Origin: Podarcis filfolensis
Lineage: Eukaryota
NCBI GenBank assembly: GCA_964270895.1
Contig: OZ185435.1
Strand: one strand, 5' to 3'
Length of the DNA stretch: 64,000 nucleotides
Shown here one piece after another: positions 35,408 through 48,500 of the stretch (its first letter is position 1; each line of letters starts with the position of its first letter). A program made the translations under genes and the position numbers. The notes under the pieces are model-generated. The model had not been told where the DNA came from. It searched no databases and worked only from the letters and a program-made list of their open reading frames with translations.

Positions 35408-38400
35408 AGGTTTCCCCTCCTGCACTCTGATAAGAACATAGGAAGCTGCCTTACACCAAGTCAGACCATTAGTTCATCTAGCTCAGTATTTGACAGTGGC
35501 TTTCCAGGATTTCCCAACCCTCTGTAAAACTACTGGTGTTTTGTTTTGAATTTGGCAGTTCTTGTTGCTCCCAATCATTTTGCCTACTTTTGTTTGCAGT
35601 TTGCCCCTTTGGATTCATGGAAGAAAAGCCGGATAATATACATTTTTAAAAAACAAACAGTAAAATAAGGAGAACTTGGTCTTGGCCAGCGCCAGTTCCC
35701 CCTTCTGGCGACACCTGAAGCAGGTTGTTTCCCCCTGTTGCTTATGGCTAGCTATGACCAGGCACCCCTTTTATCTTTACATGCAGTTCTGGTCCTGCCT
35801 CAGAGCCTTGATCTTGATGCAAGTGCTTGCTGTCTTCACCTCCCCATCTACACATACTAAACATAACCCACTTGGGATTGGCCTCTCCTCCCCACTGTGG
35901 AGAATTCCTGGAGAATGAGTCAGGCTCCTAAAAAGAGAATGGTTGCTGTCCCCTCCCCTCTCAGTTTATCTCCACTACTTGTGGCCTGAACTCAGCGACA
36001 CAGGCCTTATTGGCTCTTGGCAAGAAAGGAAATGGTTACAGGTGCCCACTGCCAGCAGAAAGCCAGCTGTGGCAGTGTCTCCGGTTGGTCAAAACTCCCA
36101 ACACTTCAGGGGATAGATAACCCGTTCCTATCAAGATCATTTTCTCAATCTAGCAGGGGGACCGTTTGCTCCAAAAGGAAATATATAAACATAAAAGTTA
36201 AAAACCTTACACTTCGCAGAGCAAGCAAAGTAGTGTGGAGGTGCCTGCTTTTCCTTTGCAGCTGAATAGCAGCTCTGTGTGCTCTAGCAAAAAAATTAAA
36301 ACTAACAGTAGGGTAATACCTTTATTGTGACCAAGAAAAGATCCAACAAAATGCAATATCCAGTTTAAAAGGGGTAAAATTTGCCCTTTGTGGATAAATA
36401 ACACCAGTGTGTTGAGCAGCCTTCTCCTCATTATAAAATGTAACTTTAAAAAAAAAAAAAGCATCGTGGGAGATCTGATCATAGATCAGCATACACACCA
36501 AAAATACAGGCTTGGTGGCAGCAGGGGATTTGCATGCTGGAGAAAACTTTGTTGGCTGCCAAAACAGATTTCATGTTGCACCAAGGACCCTTTGGATACT
36601 GAAGACAACAGTGGCTGTTCCCCCTTGAAGCACACATCCACTGTAGTCCTTAGGAAAGTTTGTATATTGGTTAGTGGCCATCAAACAGCAAAAAATACTT
36701 ACAGACCTTTCGTTTAGTTTATACTCACTTACCTGAGAGGGCCGGTCTTGAAGAATACTCAGTTTTGAGTTGACATGTATTGCTAGAGATGTTCTAGGCC
36801 TCTAAACCAACTTGCTTGCCTCAAGGTGCCCACCTCAAAAGCAGTTACTCCTATTTCAATATATAAAGGAGCTGGAGGACTTGATTAATGCTGCTCTACT
36901 CTTTGAAACCAGAGCAATTTCTCATTGTTTTATAGGGTGGTGGCAAAACAGAAAGCAAACCATAAGAGTATAGCTATGATATTTAAGATTGGAATGCATA
37001 TGCTGCTTCTACACAAACTCTGCATAAGAGGTATGGTGACCATAGGAAGATAGTTCTGGATTACCGCACTTGAACAATATCCTGAATAATGGTGGCTTTG
37101 CTAAAGTGCTCATATGAAATCAAGGTTTATTGAAAGCCAGGGCAATTTTGAAACTTAGCTGGACATATTAAGCAGCAAGAAACTCTGGAGAGCTGTCAGA
37201 TTTCTCAAACCTCACATTCTTCTTCCAAAATCTCACGTATTTATCCAGATATGCCAGTAAACTATCTCTTGGATTTAAAAACCTTCAACACCGAAGCAGC
37301 TTTTGGAGCTCTGCCTTCAACCAGTGGACACATTCATCAGTGTAACTGTGTTTTATGAACTATTGCCCCTTGTATATATTTCCAGAAGATGCACTGCTGG
37401 CTACATACCTGGCTAAAGTGGCTGGTTGGCTTGTTTAAACTTATCTACGTATTTGCTTAGCAATACTGCTGAGTCTGTAACTTTTAAAGTAGCTGTTTTA
37501 AAGGAAGTGTGGCCACAAATCCCAGAGATTAGGAATCTAATTGACAGGATAGTTTTATGTGAATTACAGATTCTGTTTGGATATCTCTGAAAGACTGTAA
37601 GGTGGTTGTTTTTTGCTAGGCAATAAAAGATTAATTAGATTTGCCCACATGACATTATGGCAGCTTAAGCAAATCAGATATATTACAACTGCATATCTGC
37701 CTGGAATAGCACACATATGCTATTCCTACCTCCCATGCTGAGCAAAAAAACCAAACCAGTTTTCTTTGCTTGCAGAGCAGAAAAGCTATGATTTATGACA
37801 GGCCTAGTTTTCACGCCTTGCTGAGTCAAACTATGGAGTAGCCCTCCTCCATAGCTGCTACTGCAGCCAAGCTGCTGTGAGTTAAGCCACAGTTTGGCTT
37901 AGCATTACTTCTGAGTCTGGGCTCGTCGTTCCTCTCACTCCAGACAAACCATGAGTGGTAAGCCACAGAACAAACATTGCCAAGACCTCATGGTCTGTTT
38001 GGAGCAAGATAAACCACAAGCTGTGGTTTGGATGCATCACTAAGCCAAACTGTAGGTTAGCTCAAATCAGTGCAGCGGCACCAGGACCAGAGGAGCAGAA
38101 AAAAGGCCACAATCTTCTCTCCAGGAACATGCCCATTTGCTCATTTGTGTTAAGCCATAGCAAAATGGGCCAGATTCTAGGAAGTTTATCTAGCAGTGTA
38201 TGTGCTCCACACTTTCTTCCCACTTTTTTTTAACCTCAGTCAGTTTATTAGATTCACTATAATGGGCCTTGTATAAGAAATTTAGGTGAAGTGAGGCAAT
38301 CACTCTACAGAGGTTGATGTTTGTTCTCCTATTCCTCTCAAGAATTTGGTGTTGACAGCAGAAACTCACATGGCTTTCCAGGGTCTAAATGCCAACCTGG

Positions 38401-41080
38401 AGAAAATTTGCTTGTACGGTATTTCTTAGATAAGCAAACCTGCTTAGTGGCAGCTTGGAGGAGCAGGGCTCACCTAGACTCAAAAATCCCTAAAGCACCC
38501 AACATTACCTTTACTGCCACCCGAGTTATATCACAACAGTCATGACCACATACTTGCACTTGAATCATTTATTTTGTTTTTCTTAAAAAAATATCTTTAA
38601 TTTAGCAGTGTGAGTTAAATTGGACTCATGGCATCCTTTTGAAAATGTATATCCTCCTCTGGATCTTTCCGATGCACACTTCAGAAGACCCAAACAACCA
38701 CTAGTGCCCTCCGTGCAGCAATAAATTGACCACTGACATTTCACTCTGAGCAGAATAAATCCATCTGAAGAAGATAGTTGTGTTAAGCATGTTGAGACAT
38801 CAGCTACTCGAGCTTCAAATCCCGAAACGTGGAAGGTGCTGGGATGGCTTCTCCTCTATCCCAGAGCAATCTTCTCCCATTCCCGAAACACTTGGGCAGA
38901 ATTCTATGCCCTTCTGCATAGGGTGGCTCCTCACAAGTCATAGCACATCTTTTTGTTCCTCTCAGTATCAAGCTCTATAGCACACTGCTTGGAGGATCCA
39001 CCTTAGCAAGATAAAACCAACCAATGAGGCTTCTATTTACTGCAATAGTTTGCTTTAGGGGAAAAGAAAACCATCAGGACAAGGAAATAAGTTCATTACA
39101 AAGCACTACATAGGAAGTTACCTTATACTGAGTCAGACCATTGGTCCACCTCAGCACCATTTATGGTGACTTGGCAAAGGTTCTCCAAGGTTTCAGCCAT
39201 GAGTCTTCCACCTTATTTGGGAACCTGGGATTTTGTGCATGCAAAGCATATGCATATGCTGAAGGGTGATATTTGGCCAGAAATGCAATGCCTTTTCCCT
39301 AAATTGAGTTCCACCAATTTACATTGAGCGATCCATGACATTTTGTGCAGAGTAGTACCCACCTAAGGTTCAAATACTGATGGGGCATGGGGGAAGGAGA
39401 GAACCAGCAATGCCTGTTAATACCAGGAAACAGAGATAGCTGTGTAGACCACATTGGAGGAGTGCTGAACACCTGTTTGCTCGTAATTACTCAAGTCAGG
39501 AAGGGTGGGTGGTGGTGGCAAGAGTATAAGGCGGCTCAGGGAGACGGCCAGCTGGGAGGATTCTTTAGGACACTCGAAGAGGCCTCTCCACTTTCACACT
39601 TCTACACAGCTAGCTCTTTTAGGTCATTCAATACAATCCTAGGAGTCAGGCTAGTTCACAGAAGATTGTCGCTATGAGATTTGAGAGGGACACATTAGGC
39701 ACCAACCTCCTACAGAGCCCAAAGAAGGGACATGACACTCAGTTTTCAGTAGGGGACAGTGAAATAAAACCTGTTGCAGGGCTAGGACACATAGGTCGGT
39801 TCCTAAAAGAGGATTCAAAATGCAAGCCTTCATTTTTGTGTACCAGGTAAACAGGGAGAGAGGTTTTAACCAAGTTAAAACTGAACATATATTGAGGATG
39901 TTAGCAGTAGGAAGCCAACTCTCCCTCTACCCTTGTTTTATTACCTTACTAGAAATTGGCTTGCCCTCCTTTTGCTAATGCACTGCCTCACCAAGATCTC
40001 AGCACCTGCCCGGCTTGGCTTGCAGAAAGGGCATAAGAAATTAAAACAAAAATTCAACACTCAAGCCTCCTAAAGGATTAGACTGTCTTCTGTTGGCTTT
40101 TTGGAGAAAAGCCTGTCTCACAATAGAGGTTAGTGCAACACACCCTTCCCCTCTGTTTACAAAGTTTTGCAGGGAAGGTTGATAACTGTCAACTGATGAA
40201 GCTAGTAGCCAGGAACATATAGAGTATGAACTTGGAAGAAGCAAGCCGTCTCCACTTCTATCTTCCCAACCTCACCGACAGCCAAGCTGGCTAAGAGAAG
40301 AGCCAAGCTGGAGAGAAGTTATGATGAATCTGAAGGGGATGGAAATAACAAGCCAAGGGGAAAAGAAGCTTTAATTCAGGGGATCGTGCCATAAAGGTCT
40401 CACCAAGATAGATACCTGTGTTAATACAGCCAGTGAAGTAAGACAGAAACGCAAGGTAAGTCACTGTCTGCAAGGCAGACTCTGAAATGATTTCTAGCAA
40501 CTCATTCCCTGGCATGATGCAAGGAGCGCTGCTGCTTCTACTGCTAAGGCCCCAGGAGAAAGCACAACTACATCCAGTGTGCCTGGCTTGGCTTCCAACT
40601 CTATGTTTCCCAGCTTTTCTGCTCTTAAAAGCTTAATCACTGAGGTTACTTAGGATAAGCAAATGACAGATGTAGTAAGAAAGAGGTGCCCTGCTGCTTT
40701 GGTGTTATGTGCTCCGGGGAATCTCACACCCCTCTGCAATGACTTGAACCACTTTAACAATAAATGCACACTGCATCTATATTCTAGATTACAGCTGCTG
40801 TATCCAGTTGTATCCAGGAGATTTCCAGGACTGTGTGATTCATAAATACTGCCCTGACCAATGGAGAAGCAATCTATTTGGAGAGATGCACTGTAGAAAT
40901 GATGCCTTCTTTTTTCTGGCCATTTATATCACAAGTAGCCACCTAAGCACATCTCACCACCATAGTGAGAAATACTTACAGGCATTTGGAATATCATTAC
41001 TGCTGCATGGAAAAAATAGAAGACTGCACAGTGATGCATCAAGGGACTTGCATGCCTTATGCTGTCCATAGCATTTGACT

Positions 41081-41100
41081 GTGTGTGTGTGTGTGTGTGT
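41081..41100. repeat. (TG)10 microsatellite
   Basis: Read directly from the sequence. Confidence 0.9.
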
Positions 41101-42537
41101 AAAATGAGACAAAAGGACTCCTATCTTTCATTAAACAGAAATATTTCTTGCAGCCAAAGTTGCTGAGTTCACCCTCAAGGCTCAGAATTTAGCAGCTTCC
41201 TCACGTGGTGTCTGAGTACAGGCAGGAAATGCTCCTAAGTGTCAAGGTATCAGGAGTCAAGTAGAGCAACAGATGCATCTATCAGTGCCCAGGGATCAGG
41301 ACAGCAAACGGCCCTTGCTGGCTGTAAGTGCAAGTTTACTAACACATTCCGGACATACGCACACAACTGAAAAATGTACCCAAAGCTGGGATCCAGTACC
41401 AGATTCAGATTAGGAGTAAAGTATAACAAGTGGAGAAAAGGCAGAATTCTCCAGCAGCAGGGAGAAGGCACTGACTGATCAGAAATAACACTGACTGAGG
41501 CTGCAGTACTTAATGCAAGAATTATACAGCCAAGCACCACTTGGGCTAAATTATAGTCAAGTCTTCTTTAGGGGTAAAGAACTGGAGTGTGTTCTGGGGT
41601 GTGTATGAATGCTAGGAGGATTAACACAGATAACCACCTGACCCTAAACCAGAGAGGAACAAGAAGCAGCCACCTTAGCACACCTTTTTCTAAGTCCCAG
41701 CACAAAGCTAGAACTGAAAGGAGATGCTCCTCCTGTCTTAAGAAACCACCACCAGTGCTTAAGCTACACAGTTGTGCTTTGGACCAGCACACTGCAAAAT
41801 CTGCTTCTCCAGAGTAAAAAGTAAGTAGAAAATACCTTCCATAACTAAAGTCCATCAGGAAATCTGTACCCAGGAACTAAGTAAACATGGGTGTGTACCT
41901 AGAGAATAAGAATATTCTTGGACTCCCCACCACCTCCCTCACTGTTTAAGCCTATTTCTCTTATGGCCATGCACCAGAGAGTTTATGAAAAAATCTGCCT
42001 GATTTACTGGTGTTAAGCCATTCTTAAGTTTGTTTTCCCATCTGTTCAGCTAATAAGGAATTTGTGTCATGTTGTGAATACATGGGTTATTATGTCAATT
42101 GCAAACATGCAATTGCCTCATGGTAGCAGCTCATTTCACAAATGGTCATTGAGGTTGTCAGTGTCTGGCGAAACCTAGTATGTCGGCACTTAACAGCGAG
42201 AGGCACTTATGGCTCAAGTGGTGATGATCATGGCAAGGTCAATAAACTATAAGGAACTCACACTAAAAGTTAAATAGGTTTTCCAAGCTTCTGTGTTTAG
42301 CAACTTCCTTTGTCATAAAAAAAACTATAAACAGAGCATTTGTCCCTTTTAACCAAGTTAAACATCTCCTCTTCGACTCAATTCCCTTTCCAAAAAAATA
42401 GTTCTACGTGGGCGTGCCGGACGAAAGGTCCTCCCATCCTTCCATGCTGGCTCTCCTAGCTTCCGTTGAGGTAGGTCACGTACGCCCCCTCCTGAGACCA
42501 TAAGGAAGGGGAAGTTGGCCACTCACTCAGTCCCCCG

Positions 42538-45500
42538 TCACTTCACTAGGCTTGAGTTGCTGAGGGTCCGAGGGATTGTGGGTTTCTTGAGACTTCCAGC
42601 TGTGTATTTAATCTGAGGTAAGCTTTGAGTGCAAGGGTTTGGCTCAGAGCTTCGGACTGGCTCCTCCCCATCTCGCTGGACAAGGATTTTGCTGTTGGGA
42701 AGAAGACAGAACTTGAGAGAGAGGCAGATCTGTCTTGCACAGAATAGAGCACACACAGAGAGAACCACTTCCATAGCATATCATTTTCACCTGTCTGAAG
42801 GAAACGGCAGTCTTTCTATTACTACTGTGTCATCCCTGTATTTGATGGGAAAGAAGGATTTAGGGCTTATGGCTCACCACTGCCTAGGCCTGTTTACCAC
42901 AATGTGCTGTACCTCGGGCTGCCTTGAAAACAGTCTAGAAACTTCAGCTGCTCCAAAACAGGGCAGCAAGATTGTTAACAGGGAGTGGCTGAAAAATTAT
43001 ATCATGCCTGTGCTTTGCTATCTACAGTGGCTTCTAATCTATTCCAGGGGACAATTCAAAGCGCAAGTATTAACTTTTCAAGCCCTAAAACAGAGATGGA
43101 GAATCTGTGACCCTCCAGATGTTCTGGGACTAGAACTCCAATCATCTCTGACCATGGGCCATGCTGGCTGGAATGAGACAAAGGCCAACAACAACTGGAA
43201 GGCTGCAGGTTCTCTATTCCTGCCCTAAATAACCTGGGGCTAGGTTATCTGAAGGACTATCTCCTCCCATATATACCCAGCCCAACCTGAAAATCATCTT
43301 TAAAAGTCCACCCCTGCCAAGTGAGGTTAGGTGAGGCAGGTGCCAACTTTTCAGTGGCCATAGGTCAAGGCCTTTTATTCAGCTAGGCTTTCCTACTTAA
43401 AAACACGGTCAAAAGGTGTGAGGTTTTTTTAGACATTGGGTACTACTGGTTCCTCTGCTGCTGGTTTTATTTTGAAGTTTCAGCTTTGTTTGTGGTTTTG
43501 TGTTCAAGTTGTTTTTACATTTTACATGTGTGTGTTTTTTAAAGTATACTGCCCAGAATGCTTAGTGTTACAGGTTAGTATAAAAATGCTACAAATAATT
43601 ATTTATGTCAGATATATACCAAAGTAAAAATAAGAAAGCCTAAGACAACGGCCTGGTTTGAACTTAACATGAAATCCTAACTTGTAGCTACATGATCGAA
43701 GCTGCCTGACCATACATGGGCTCAGGGCTACTCAGGGAAAATTAAGATTGGCACTGTATCCAGCCTCCATGATTTTTTTTAAAGCAGGAATTGCAAGTCA
43801 GAATGGCAGAAAAGTCTCACAGCCACTGCAGAGTGCCTCAGTGAGCACCACACTGAAAAAGCCCAGTTGAAACTAACTATAATTTGCCCTTACTGGATAT
43901 AATGATTAACCACAGTTAGTTTAAACCCAGAAGCAGATGCTTCTAATTTAATCCTCTGGCACATCCTAACAGGGGCAGAAAGTAGCACATAAACAGTTAA
44001 GATCACGCTTGTTAAAAGGGTAATATATCAGGGGAGGGAAGTAAGGAATGTAAAGGTGGCATATAAGTAACAAAGAAGAGTTTCCTTTTTCTCCATGTAT
44101 TCATGAGAAGGTTAACATGCATTAAAATATATTAACCATGGCTACAATCCTACACACAACCACCTGGGAATAAATCCCATTGAACGCAGTGGGGATTACT
44201 TCAGAGCAGACTTGCAAAGAATTGTACTATAAGGGAACGGATGAAAAATCATGGACAAACCCCAACTGGAAATGTATTGAGATATAACAGTGGCTGGTTC
44301 TCGCAATCTCACCTGGTTCTGCCTAATTCCATCTTGCTCAAGCCATTCACAGGGAGTTCATTTTTCATATAGAGGTGGGATCTTGGAATTGACCACTGAA
44401 GTTGAGAGAGTGCAGAGTTAGACAGCTAGTGAATATTCCTTTCTTAGCTCCCAGCATACCTCAAACTTAGTGAAGCAAAGAGAAGGTGCTTCAGGCAGTA
44501 AGACAACCACCAATATAGAGCCACTTGATTAGTAACAAGTAGTTCTGATGGGCACCCTCATGAAAAAGCAGAACATATCTAAGGTATGAGGAAAGGCAAA
44601 GAGGGCCCACCCTTACCATCACTGTGGATTCTGTCACCACTCCATTATGAAAGCCTTTGTGACACCAGTTTCTGAGCAGATCCACCCCTGCAGAAAGGAA
44701 CACCACAGAGCGAATGCTAGTTTACATGTGAAATTTTGAGGGCTATTACTAAGCAACTGCCCTGGATGTAAGAAGGCAGTGGGTACAAGTAATGCAGGGC
44801 CTTGATACTGAGCAACCCAAACACACACAGGTTTAAAAATCAAGCTGCAATGGTATGATGCTCATTTGAAGATGTTGAACTTCCTGGTCTATTCTATGGA
44901 ATTATCTGGATACACTCAAGAGAAGCAGGTAACACTGATGAACAGGAAGGCTCTGGGTGAGGGTGTGGGCTTAAAGATAGCCAATAGAAACCAATGAAAG
45001 GACAAAGGGGTGGGCAAGAATAAAGAGAGACTTCTGCCCCAAAGCCAAAGATGTGGCTGCAAGGTGTGGGGAGTGGGGAAGATGACAGAAATGACCCAGC
45101 AAGAAGCAACACTCAAACCACACTAGCAACCTGTAAGGATGACAGATAATAATGCTATGTGAAAGAGCATAGACAGCTCTGGGTTAGAAAGCAAGGTATG
45201 CAGTCTACTTATAAAGGGCTGGATCAAACAACTAACTGCTTATCCTAGAAGGGAGCTTGCAAGAAGGAGGTGATGGGAACTTTTTTACCTTTGACCTTAT
45301 TCACGAAATATTTCAGCTCCCACTGGGAAGTAAGGATGTTGTAGTATCGCGGCTGCTCAAAGAAACGTAGGTAGTGCATGGAGAAGCGTGAGGGGAAAAC
45401 TCGCTCAAACTGTCCACGTCGAGCGAATTCATCCTCTGTCTCTACTAGGACACGTACATCATCTGGTGTTAGAACATCTAGGATGGTGGAATAGAACTCC

Positions 45501-48500
45501 TGCAGCCAAGAGGGACAGGGAAACACCTTGGTTTTCCAGGAGGTAACTGCACAAGTCTACATGCATGCCACTTTCAGTTCTCTAAAACCACTATGATTGC
45601 CACTCTAGGATGGTGGCCACGCAACACATATTCCCCTCCCACTGTGACAGCAGTGGAAAGACAGAAGAGAGATATTCAAATAGGAATTTGTTGGGGGGGT
45701 GAAGAAGAAAAGGCAGGGTTCTTGGTTATGGTTCCCAAATGCTTCTTGTACCCCTTGAACAAACTAAACCAAAAAGCATGTGTGTAAGTAAGAAATGGGA
45801 AATCTTACTGCTTCAAGGCACACCCATTATAACAATGGCAACCAGTGGCTATGGCCTATTGGGTCTTAACTATACAGTGGTACCTCGGGTTAAGTACTTA
45901 ATTCGTTCCGGAGGTCTGTTCTTAACCTGAAACTGTTCTTAACCTGAAGCACCACTTTAGCTAATGGGGCCGGGCTGCCGGAGCACGATTTCTGTTCTTA
46001 TCCTGAGGCAAAGTTCTTAACCTGAAGCACTATTTCTGGGTTAGCGGAGTGTGTAACCTGAAGCATATGTAACCCCAGGTATCACTGTAGTTTGTAACAT
46101 TTTCTTATGCTATGCTGTGTGTTTGATGGGCTTAAGGTTTGACACTAGCCTTGCTCTGAATACAGTTGAAATACAGCTCTTTATAACTTCCACACTTAGC
46201 CAAATCATATCCTATATGTCAAATACAACCTCCTTCAGATACCAGTCCTTCAGTGAATAAACAAGCACCTCCTCCTTGTGTGTGGATGCATCTTACCTGT
46301 TGGGACACATTTTCTGTCAGAAAAAGAGCTTGGTTGAACTCTTAAGCACTCCCCAAGCCAAGCGATTGTAATGATCATCTGCTAGCACGAGTCAATATTT
46401 CAGTGTAGCTACCTCTATGCTTTGTAACTCCTTGTCTAGTAATATTAGGCAGGCACCCTTACACCCCTGCTAAAAACTTTTTTTTATTTCAGCAAGCCTA
46501 GCAAGAAACATAATTTAGTTATGTATACTTGTTTGATGATTTTATATTGTTTTATGCACACTACTTATGGTTTCATTTAATTAAACAGTTAATGAAATGA
46601 TTCAAAGAAGAGCAGAGAACTCCAGCCCAAACATGCATGAGATCTCAGAATGAGGGCAGAGTATTTGGGGAAGGCATGTTCTCGCCTACCTGATCAGGCA
46701 CTTTTGAGGTCAGATAAAAAGCTCTTTTCGTTTTCTCAGAAGTGAACAGCTCCAGGGATGACTTACTCTTCTCCTTTGCGACACTATTCAAGCTGGGCAC
46801 AGCAATAATTAAAGTTAGTACAGAGAGTTAGTCAGTGCCCTCAATTCAGCCACCTATAGCCAGAATCATAAGCAATACTCTGTTAAGCCAAAAGAAACGA
46901 AAAAAGCCTCAAATGATCCATGGAGACATAGATCAGGGATGGGGAACCTTAGGCATGGGGGCAGTGTGTAACCCTCCAGCCCCTCCATCTGGGCCCCAGG
47001 ACTCTTCCCAAGCCATGCTCCCTTCCCCAGGCCCCATCCCTCACCACCCTGCTTCATGCTTTCCCCAATCTGGCGCCCTCCAGGTGTTTGCTGCCATCCC
47101 TGACAACTATTGTGGCTGAGCTGAGTTGGGGAGCAACACACAATTCCAGCTACCGAAGCCCAGTATTCCTGGCAATATGTCTGAGATCACCACCGCTGCT
47201 CAGCTTCCAAGGTTGCACGAGGTATTGCCCGGGTATTTCAAGCCCATCTTGCAATTACATGGACTAGAAACTTGCTTTAAAAATAACAAAAGCAGAGATT
47301 CTTTGGATGTTTAATTCAGTTTCTGTACCAATAGCGTGACTGAATAAAATGCATAGTCCTATATACAGGCTACAGCTATGCTTCTGTGCTATAGCCACAC
47401 ATACTATTGCCACAACAACTTTTCATCTCAGTCTTTCCAACTCAGGCCTCCTCACTCCCCTACTGAACAAGAACAATGCAAAAGATGAGATGCCCAGTAA
47501 AACGTCTCTTTCTGAGTTTGATCTCTAACCTAGTTGTGGAGCTGCTGGCACTTCCAGAGGGTGAAGCCACATCATCTGTGCTTGGCAACAGAAAACCAGC
47601 CAAATTAAGGGCATCTCTGACCATTTGACCCTTGATGCTCACATCCAGAGGAGAGTTTGAATGAAGGCTGCAGAGAGAACAAAACCTTGATTGGACAAGC
47701 CCATCTTCATGTCTTTGGCCCTAGCTTTTGGCATTTTAGATAGCTGTTAAGTTTGATTTCCAAAAGAGAGAAAGGAGGAACTCGATCTCCAAGGCAAGGC
47801 AATCTCTCTCTCTTTTAGTATCCCCTCCCCCACCACACCCACATGCATACACAATACACAGACATACCTACCAATCAGAGACACACTGTGTGATACAGTT
47901 CAACGTAAGTGTTGCCTCCCTCACATTAAGAGATGGAAGCCATCAGCACATGAAGTAAGGCATTGGCAAAACAGACTGCATGCATCTGTGCCTATAGGCC
48001 TAGCATGCATCTGTGGGACAAATTGGAGGTAAAGGGTGTTCTTGAAATTGTAGTGAAATGCACCAAGTCAGAGCTCAAGCTGAAGGGTGCACCATGCACA
48101 GCTTACCTGGGGGAAATATTGACTTCCAGAATCCATGGCTTAAGGTTCTCATCCAGCATGATATCAAACCCAAACAGCTCATGGCAGCAGTAAGGGCGTC
48201 TCACATACATCTTCACGAGATTGATTATGTAGGGCTCTGATCTAGAAAATGAAACAGGTGCTGGGTTGTTCCTGAGCAGCAAAACTACCAGCAGGACTTC
48301 CCAGCCTCTTATGCATCAATCTAGCCAGGTATATGGTACAAGCATGCCAAAAAAACAGGGCTTCAGCAATAGCTTCCCCACATGGCTCAGATGAGAGCCT
48401 GATGAAGACAGCACATGACCCTTCCTTGCTTCAGGTTACTAAGATCCAAACAAGATACTTTTGGGGCCAAGGAACAATCAACAAACTCCAGAAGCAGAAA

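Noticed and set aside
39540-39615. Minus-strand peptide …PPSWPSP resembling human PRKAG3 exon 3
   Set aside because: The match is short, is followed immediately by a stop, and has no usable donor; probably chance.
41250-41540. 96-aa minus-strand ORF as a possible TTLL4 last exon
   Set aside because: The exon ending at 42538 aligns better with the recalled human C-terminus ([13 protein letters not shown] vs EPSLSTQTLPVIK) and already contains the stop.
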